This document shows, piece by piece, positions 27,683 to 36,500 of a stretch of DNA of 64,000 bases. The DNA comes from a virus. The stretch lies in the IMG/VR virus record IMGVR_UViG_3300043395_003024, positions 81,205 to 145,204 of that record, one strand, 5' to 3'. A program made the position numbers and the translations under genes. Position 1 is the first letter of the stretch, and each line of letters begins with the position of its first letter. The notes below the pieces were generated by a model. The model saw only the letters and a program-made list of their open reading frames with translations, was not told where the DNA came from and did not search any database.

Positions 27683-29526
27683 TGACAACAGTTCCATCAG
27701 AAGAAACAGAAAATTTTCTCGGCCTGCTTGACGGCGTCAGAAGAGCTGGCTCTGGCTGGGTGGCGCGTTGTCCGTGCAGAAATGACGACTCAAATCCATC
27801 GCTTTCCGTCGGGCAAGGAGCAGATGGCCGAGTCCTTGTTACGTGTCATCGTGGAATGTCCTGCAATGTCGAGGAAATATGTGCGGCTGTTGGTCTTAGC
27901 GTCGCTGACTTGATGCCTAAGAAAGACGATTTTGAACAGACATACAAAACCGACCATAGGCCGCCACCGGCACCAAAAAAGACAGAGCAAAAACATGTAA
28001 CGCCAAAGCAGGTTGAGCCACCAAAAAAACAAACACTTGTAGCCACATATGACTACACGGATGAAAACGGCGTGCTTCTTTTCCAAAAACTGCGATACGT
28101 AGATGAAGACGGAAAGAAAACGTTTCGCCAGCGCAAACCAGACGGGAAAGGCGGATGGGAATACAGTCTTGGTGACGTGCCAAAAGTCCTATACAACTTG
28201 CCAGCTGTTATTTCTGCCAAAACATATAACGCTCCAGTGTGGGTTGTAGAGGGGGAGAAAGATGCAGACACCCTCATAGAGGCTGGATTTATCGCAACGA
28301 CAATGCCAGGCGGAGCTGGGAAATGGCTAGATATCCACACGGAACCACTCGCTGGAAGTCTTGTTGAAATAGTTGCAGACAATGATGAAGTCGGAATCAA
28401 GCATGCTCTTGATGTTCAACAAAAACTAAATGAAGCTGGCTGTGATGCGCAGGTATGGATTTGCCCATCGCACAAAGACATCACAGACCATCTTTCATCA
28501 GGTAAATCCATCGATGAACTTCTTGCCTACGAAGAGCACGCAGAAACATATTCTGCGAACGTTTCTGAAGATGGTTTTAGCGATATTGAGCCAGCAGTAC
28601 ACCGAATTGACGATGAGGCGTCCCCAGAAGGGCTTGCGCTTTTAAAGTTACAGGAGCTGTTAGAGCGCGACGACCTCAATACAAAACAGAAAATTGCAAA
28701 AAGCAATCTCATCCTCTCAACAGCAACTGTGTCATTTACTCTTGATACAGGCCGACTGGTTCATTGGAATGATTTTCTTAAAGAAACAGACGGCGACTCG
28801 TACGAATGGGCAATACCAGGACTAATTGAGAGAGGCGAAAGAGTGATTGTTGTTGCCGCCGAAGGTGTCGGCAAGACAATGCTCGCTAGGCAAGTAGCAC
28901 TCCTGTCTGCCGCCGGAATCCATCCGTTCTCGTTTCAGCCGATGAATCCAATCAAGACACTTACGGTAGACCTTGAAAACCCTGACAGAATTATTCGCCG
29001 AACTGGACGCTCAATCGCGATGCAGGCAATGGCTCATGCCCGGGTTTCAAGACTGAACGCAGAACTACTAACACGCCCATCAGGAATGGACCTGCTTAAA
29101 GCTTCGGATAGGGCAATTCTCGAGGATACCCTCGACAGGGTTAAGCCAGAGTTACTAGTGATTGGGCCTCTTTACAAGGCGTTTCTTGACCCAGGCGGAA
29201 GAACGTCTGAATCAATTGCGCTAGAGGTTGCAAAATACCTTGACACCATTAGAACCATCTACAAGTGCGCCCTATGGATTGAACATCACGCTCCACTGGG
29301 AACCAGCATGACGAGCAGAGACCTTCGGCCCTTTGGTTCGGCAGTCTGGTCGCGCTGGCCAGAATTCGGTATTTCCCTTCAGCCAGACCCCACGGCCCTC
29401 GGGGCATATGTTTACGATGTTCGACATTTCCGTGGTGCTCGTGACGAGCGTCAGTGGCCGACTAAAATGAAAAGAGGCGTCAGATTTCCATTTGAGGTCA
29501 TCGAGTGGTCTAAGGCTGTTAAATGA
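27682..29526 (+). CDS. Primase-helicase (zinc finger, Toprim, RecA-like AAA)
   Basis: CPCRND..CHRG, YDYTDENG, VVEGEKDAD, ADNDEVG, AEGVGKT, DLEN, IEHH, FGS. Confidence 0.88.
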   Translation: MTTVPSEETENFLGLLDGVRRAGSGWVARCPCRNDDSNPSLSVGQGADGRVLVTCHRGMSCNVEEICAAVGLSVADLMPKKDDFEQTYKTDHRPPPAPKKTEQKHVTPKQVEPPKKQTLVATYDYTDENGVLLFQKLRYVDEDGKKTFRQRKPDGKGGWEYSLGDVPKVLYNLPAVISAKTYNAPVWVVEGEKDADTLIEAGFIATTMPGGAGKWLDIHTEPLAGSLVEIVADNDEVGIKHALDVQQKLNEAGCDAQVWICPSHKDITDHLSSGKSIDELLAYEEHAETYSANVSEDGFSDIEPAVHRIDDEASPEGLALLKLQELLERDDLNTKQKIAKSNLILSTATVSFTLDTGRLVHWNDFLKETDGDSYEWAIPGLIERGERVIVVAAEGVGKTMLARQVALLSAAGIHPFSFQPMNPIKTLTVDLENPDRIIRRTGRSIAMQAMAHARVSRLNAELLTRPSGMDLLKASDRAILEDTLDRVKPELLVIGPLYKAFLDPGGRTSESIALEVAKYLDTIRTIYKCALWIEHHAPLGTSMTSRDLRPFGSAVWSRWPEFGISLQPDPTALGAYVYDVRHFRGARDERQWPTKMKRGVRFPFEVIEWSKAVK

Positions 29527-30191
29527 GCGACGAAAAATCAAAACCGATTACTACTAAAGAGTTTCTCAACGAGAGAGACATGCGTATTTTCAAGATGCGC
29601 CAGGCCGGTACGTCTGTCAATGAGATAGCCAGAAGATTCGGCATCTCAACATCGTCTGTTTCACGCTCAATTCAGCGTCAACTGGAAAAGATGAATAAGG
29701 AAGCCATCCTGGCCTACCCAGAGGTGCTCAGAATGGAGTTGGAGCGCCTAGACAACCTCCAGCAGGCTATTTGGCCCATGACGCAGCACAGGCGCGTTGT
29801 AATGGACGACGGTACAGAGATGCAGGTAGAACCAGACCTGAAAGCAATCCAGCAGGTGCTCTCAATTATGGACAGAAGAACGAAACTTCTTGGCATGGAG
29901 CAAACAAATGTCAATGTAAATATTGACGGGAATATCAACTCTCAGGTTCGCGCAACAATTGCTGGCCAGCCTGGAGTTACGACGCCGGCGTCTGGTTTTG
30001 ACGCTGAATCTGAAGCTAAAAAGCTGCTTGAACTCATGGCGATTTCTGGCGTATTGCCGGAGGAAACTGTTTCTTCAATTCTTCGGAAACATCAAGAAGA
30101 TGAAGGTTTGATAATTGATGCTGAAGTAGTATCTGACTCAGAAGAAGAGCCTAGATACAGGGATTTCAGCGACGATGAGCCAGGAAAATAA
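29523..30191 (+). CDS. HTH protein, possible terminase small subunit
   Basis: MRQAGTSVNEIARRFGIS, LERLDNL, IMDRRTKLLG. Confidence 0.6.
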   Translation: MSDEKSKPITTKEFLNERDMRIFKMRQAGTSVNEIARRFGISTSSVSRSIQRQLEKMNKEAILAYPEVLRMELERLDNLQQAIWPMTQHRRVVMDDGTEMQVEPDLKAIQQVLSIMDRRTKLLGMEQTNVNVNIDGNINSQVRATIAGQPGVTTPASGFDAESEAKKLLELMAISGVLPEETVSSILRKHQEDEGLIIDAEVVSDSEEEPRYRDFSDDEPGK

Positions 30192-30498
30192 CCAAGAAGA
30201 GACTGACAACATCCGCTCCGCCATGGACAAGGTGGCGGAAACGTTAACCCCCAGCATTTCCACGTCAATAGATGCTGAAGATGGGCCAGCAGACAAGCAG
30301 GTTCTAATCAGAACTAACGATTATGAACGAAATCGCTGGAAAGAAGCCGCCTCCATTGAGCAGATTTCCCTTTCTGCGTGGATTCGAACAGTCCTCAATT
30401 CTGAAGCAAAGCGCCTCCTGGAATGTGACCATCCAATGAATATGGTCCGCTTCTACCCGTGGTCAAAAATATGCACCAAATGCGGTAAGCGCCTCTAA
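30175..30498 (+). CDS. Ribbon-helix-helix-like protein with C-terminal zinc knuckle
   Basis: QVLIR..WKEAA..SLSAWIR; CTKCG. Confidence 0.6.
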   Translation: MSQENNQEETDNIRSAMDKVAETLTPSISTSIDAEDGPADKQVLIRTNDYERNRWKEAASIEQISLSAWIRTVLNSEAKRLLECDHPMNMVRFYPWSKICTKCGKRL

Positions 30499-30532
30499 TT
30501 GGCCTTTATTTGTAATGGTATTATTTATTTAG

Positions 30533-33500
30533 ATGTCTGCAGATAATCAAGAGTTTCACATTCCCTTTGAGGAATCTCGTCGCGGTGCAAATTCAAGCCC
30601 GGAAAAGAAAGCTGCCCTAGGAAGACTTGGCCGCTATCTTGGCTCAAGAGCTATCGATAGGCCACGAATTGGCGACGGTCACCGTGATAGAAGACGCGGA
30701 AGGGACCATGGATTAAACATAGACCTGCCGACCGGCGGTAGACCGGGAAACAGACGCCCAACCGGTAGCCGCCTAGACCCAGATAATGATGGCTGGGCAG
30801 ACGAGGGGACAACTAAGCCGGTATGGGTTGGCATTGGCGGTGCTGAAAATCGCAATACCCGAGCGTCAGGTACGAGAATGGCGGAAGAGCCAGACACGTC
30901 GAGAACGCTTTCTTCAGGGAAGAAGTATCAGGAGATTGTTGATTCCCAGCCACCCGTGTCTGACGAAAAGAAAAAACTTGCATCTGAGTTTATAGACGAT
31001 ATAAAGCAGGGTGAATTTTTAAAAGAAGACGTATACGAGGAAGAAAAAGGTCCTCGCCCACCACGGCCGCCTGGAATGCCGGAGCCAAAACCGTTAATGG
31101 TAATCCAGGACAATGAAGACAGGAAGCTAGAAAAACAGCGTGTCCGCGATTTGTTGGCTGAGCTTTTTAAAGGTGAAATGACACTTGATGAAGACATTAT
31201 TATTACCACCGACGATGGGAAAAAAATAAATATAGGCAACAGGGTATTGATAGACATTGCTCCTAGCAGTGACTCGAAATACTCTACTTCTGTAAAAGTT
31301 CATAAGGCTAACGATGCGGATATCGCTGATGCCAAAGAGCTATATGGTGATACATTCGAACCGGGCGACATGCTGACCGAGGTTCAGCTTGGGTTTTTGG
31401 TTAGACCGCTTCCAGAGTACGAAAAAGAACTCATCGAATCATTAACGGACGAAAATAAAAAATCATTTCTCTCCTATGAAGATGGACGTTTATCGCTAGC
31501 ACGCGCATATAGAACATATATCAATGTTTCTAATGACGAAAAAAACCTGGGATTAATTTCTCATGATTCATTTTATGTTCTTGGCATGGCTCAGGGCCAG
31601 GGGATAGGTTCGGCGTTTAATGCCAGAAATGAAAAACTATATAACGAGCTTGATGTTGCTTCGATATATACACACGGCCATTCAGGCAAGGGGGCACGCG
31701 GCGCTGTCCATTGGCCCAAGAATGGATTTACGTGGGCTGGAGAAAACGACAAACAGAAGTTCTTATCGATAATCGACAAGGCCATCACGGAGCAACCAGA
31801 AATATTCTCTGCGGAAGATAAAAAGAAAATATCTTCTCTATATAGAAAAAATCCAGATACTGGGCTTTTTGAAACAGAAGCAACAGCCGAGGAGCTTGTC
31901 GACTTCCCCGCCGCATATGAAGTATTTGCGGATGAAGAAGCACAGATAATGTACTCAAGGCCGCTAAAACAGCTCGCAGTGGCATCCTCGGGCCGTCTAT
32001 CGTCCGGCTCAACTAAGCGTAGCTCTCGTGGAGTCCACGTATCAGAGCTGTACGACGGCGACTATGGCACGTGGGAAGAGGGGGCATTGCTCACTCCAGA
32101 ATCACTATACAGACTCATATCTAGAGTGTTTGAAAAAAACGATATAGATGCGTCTTTGCCTAAATACGATGGAGCTCTTGAAAAAATAACTGAGTATAAA
32201 GATTTTGGGTCAGTAATTAATGACTCACTAAGGCTGGGTTACACATTTGATGACCCGCGGTCCCCCAACCTGTACGAATATGCGTCTATGCAGCGGCTCC
32301 TAATGGACAACAGAATAACCGCCGGCATAACGTTGTATAGGTCAATCGCGAATACGCCAGAAATTGCATCGCTTAAAGAGGGTGACACATTTGGCGATAG
32401 GGGCTTCCAGAGCTTTACAGTGATGGCCCCAGGCCAATACTCTGGAATGGGAGACAAAAGGCCAATAGTTCTTCGCTTATTAACAACAAAGAACACGCGT
32501 GGCAGATACATATCTAGACGCCCAAATGACTATAACCTAGAAAACTTTGATACCCGGAAGCCTCTCGACGAAAGATATTTTGGAATAAATGAACACGAAG
32601 TATTGCTGCCTGCTGGTGCAACATACAAGCTGGTTAAGAAGACGCAGACTGATGATGGACGTGAAATCTGGGACGTCAAACTTTCCGGTCAAGGCAAGCT
32701 CAGTTCTGGGGCAAAAGAAGTAGCACTAGATAATGTTGATTCCAATACGCTAAGTAGCGGGAAACCACCACGTCACCCAAGAACGCCAACGCTTGGTGCA
32801 TTTATCGGTACTGCTGATGAAGAATTCGCAGACATAAAATCGTGGGACGAGTTTAAGAAGCTGTACGACGACAAAGAAGTTATATTTTTTGACTATGAAA
32901 CAACCGGATTAGTTTTTGACGAATTCGGGAAAGAGATTAGTAAAGGTGCGCCAGTCCAGTTCGGTGCCGTGAAAATAAAAAACGGCAAAGAGGTCGAAAG
33001 AATAAATCTGTTCATGAATCCTGGAGAGCCACTCGGTGAGTGGTCTAGGAATAATCTCAAAGATAAAGACGGAAATCCACTAACAGATGAATGGCTGGGC
33101 AGCCAGATATCTATAGACGAAGCACATAAGCAGCTGATTGAGTTTGCGGGCCCAGAAGCAATATTTGGCGTTCAGAATGCCACATTTGATAAGGGAGTTC
33201 TTGACGGCGTTCTGGAACAAATGGGTGAAAAGTGGCGCCCATCTGGATACCTGGACACGAGAGAAATAGCTTCCCTAACTCTCCCAAAGTGGACCCCGGA
33301 AACGGATGACGGTCCGTTCATGCTTGACAAAGAAGGAAATAAAAAGCCATCTAGTAGCCTTGCTGCAATAACCGAATATCTCGGAGTAAACCTCGGCGAT
33401 GGCCACCATAACGCTGACTCAGATGCTTTTGCAACAAGCCAAGTAATGCGCCGGATTATTGATGGGGCTATCGAAAAGAATTGGCCGACAGATGCTCTGA

Positions 33501-36500
33501 ATAAACAAAAGCGCGATTCGCTGCATAAGCAAACAGTCGACAAATTTAATGAAGAAGTAGCCCAGTTTGAAAAAGACAAAGCTTCGTATTTCGAATCACT
33601 TTCATCAAATTCTGAGTCGCTTTCATCTGGTCGCAACCGGCCGGTCATTCAAATCAAGCCAACACAGGAACAGAAGCCAACAGAGCCAGGTAAGCGCGCG
33701 GTCAAGGGCTATGGCCAGCCTGATGCATCCGGAAAAGAAGTACGCAGAACCAACACCAAATGGCTAGCTGGGATGACTCCTGACGAAATCGCGCAAGTGG
33801 TTGTCCCAACCAGCGACGAACAGCGTTTTGAAATGTGGGCTGATGACATAGCCGGTGATACTTGGCGCACAAATCGTAAGTGGAGAAAATTCCTAGAAAA
33901 GTATTATTCGGAACTAGGCAAAGCTGACAATTCTCTACCTATTGATTATTCCCCAGAGTCGGTAAAGGCAGCACAAGACCTTGTTCGTGGGCTACTTGAG
34001 TCGTCCCCGCAGATGAGGTGGATGTTCGAGAACCATGGCGCCCCCCTGATAACAGTGTTTTCACGCGAAGCTGTAGATGCTTACGAAAACAACGGGGATA
34101 TGAAACAGCGCATGGAGCAGCTACGGATTCAGCGCGGGGTAGAGAAGACGCCATTCGTTAGTGGGCTCGCAGTGCGCGAATACGGGCTCATTGGATTTAC
34201 ACCGCGAGCAATAATTGATAGGGAGTCGTTAACGACATCCGAAAAGGGCGTATATCCAATTTCACTAAATCCAGACAGGCTCCCAGAACCGCGCGATGCA
34301 CATATGGACAGAAGCCTTGAGGGCACACTAGTGCACGAATATGGCCACTGGCTCCACTATCGCGCCATATGGGATACGGAGACAAATGGGGCATCCGGCA
34401 AGGCGCGTTCGTACTACGGAAATGGCGATTTAAGGGACCCTAAATACACCGCAGCACTCGATGTTGCTGAGGAATATGCAAACCCCGATACGGACAATGA
34501 AGCAATAGAAATATATACGCAGTTTGTTGACCTGACTGGTCGTGACGCCGAGGAAATGTTTAGGGCAAATCCGGACAAAGCGCTAACTGCAACATCTTAT
34601 GGAAATGTCAATAAGCGCGAAGCAATAGCTGAGGCGTTTGTTGCAATAATGCACCCAAACAGAGAAATGGCAAAGCGCGCTTTAAGCAAAAAATTGCGCG
34701 ATGACATTTACACCCTTGCTGGGGTAGATAAAGATGACCTTCCGTGGGATAGACGTGCGGACGGGCGTCCGACAATAAGACTTTCTTCTGGGGCTACGCA
34801 AAAACCAGAGCGCGAGAAGCGCAGGGGACGGATGGCCAGGGCGCTAAGACAGCTCATAGGCGGGGACGAGGCTGCCGAAGAACCAGAGAAGACTCAGGAG
34901 CCATACACATTCGAGGCCCCAGAAAGGCCGGAAGGCCTAGCATCCTTTGCTACAGGACCATCTGAGCGCCTGCGCGCCTCGCTTCCAATACCCTCAGAGG
35001 AGGATTTAACTGCGGAACTAGAACATGACGTGAGGGCAATGATTCTTGACCCAGTTATCGAGGGCCTATCCACACTTGATGTAACAGGGTTTGGCGTAAG
35101 CATGTTTTCATCCGAGGAGGATAGAAAAGCTAGCTCCTCAGCAAAGAGAATGATTGCGTCAAATATTGCAGAAACAGCAAAGATTGAACCGCGTGAATTC
35201 ATTAAATCGTTCTCTGAAGAATCAATTAAAGAAAGCGGTCTAGATTTAGCTGCTCAACGAAGATTTTTCCATGCGGCTGCAAATTTCAGGGCACTAAAAG
35301 GAATATTTGATGCCGTTGACAATCTTCCAGAAAATGCAACTGAAGAAGAAAGGCGTGCTGCCGGAAGGTTTGCTATTGACAGGTCCTCTGGCGCGGTGGT
35401 GTCCGTAGAGAAGCATGACAAAATAATCCAAAAGAGGTTCTGGTTTGACGAAATCATAGATGAGCTGGAAAAACGCTCATACGAGGACCTGTTCGGCGAC
35501 AAATGGAATGAACTAACAAACATTGCGCTAGGCGACGAGAAGTCAATATTGACTCCATACTTGATAACGCGTCTTGGTGGAGACGAAATCAAAAAAGACA
35601 TGCTCAATTTTGGCCTCCAAATAAGGACAATGTTCAACGATTTAATAGCGGAGATGAAGGGCGCTAACGGCGCCGACCGTAAAGACCCGCTAACTGGAAG
35701 ACCATTGAAAGACGGGGATGGATTAGCCCTAATGTTCTCTCCAATGGGCGAGATTGACCCACGCACAGGAAAGCCTGGGATGGCATTGATTTCTAAGGGT
35801 GGCTCAATAAGTGACCAGTACGCAAGGGATTTCAAATCACTTATCCGTGATGGAAAGATTGTTCCAGAGCTAGAAAGAACAGATGAGCAACACAAGGCCT
35901 ACGACAGACTTTACGTAAATTACGGAGCGAAAGATGACTACCTGGAGAGGGTGGCAGCTGCTGGATTATTTGTTGTTGACGCAACAAATGTTGATTCCCC
36001 AGAAACAAAAGAATTATTAAAAAACTTTTTGATAAATAGATTGCGGTTTATTGCCGGCAATGCAGAGGATTATAAAGCGCGTTATGAATACAAGAGCGGT
36101 ATTTCATTTTTCGATATAAATTCTCCGGAAGGGATAAGAGAGGCGCGGTTAGCAATAGTTTCCGACATCATCCATACATGGGCAATTTCTTCCAATAACT
36201 CAAACCCTGTAGCCATGGCAATACAGCACGAAGCACGAAAAATGTTTGGGCTGGACGATGCAGTTGGTTGGTACGGAGGCGTGCGTGGCAAGAGAAATGA
36301 CATTCTCTACGATTCGGCTATACCGATTGAGCGGCGTTCAGAGTTTGGCGACCTTGCTTTTGACGATACCCCAGAACTTAGCGAAAAACAGTCAGAAGTG
36401 ATTCGCTCTGTAGTGAAGGCAATATACGACGCTACGCAGCATTACTACAAGTCAAAAGGAATTACGCATCTTGGTGTATGGCGAGGCATGAAAGCCACGC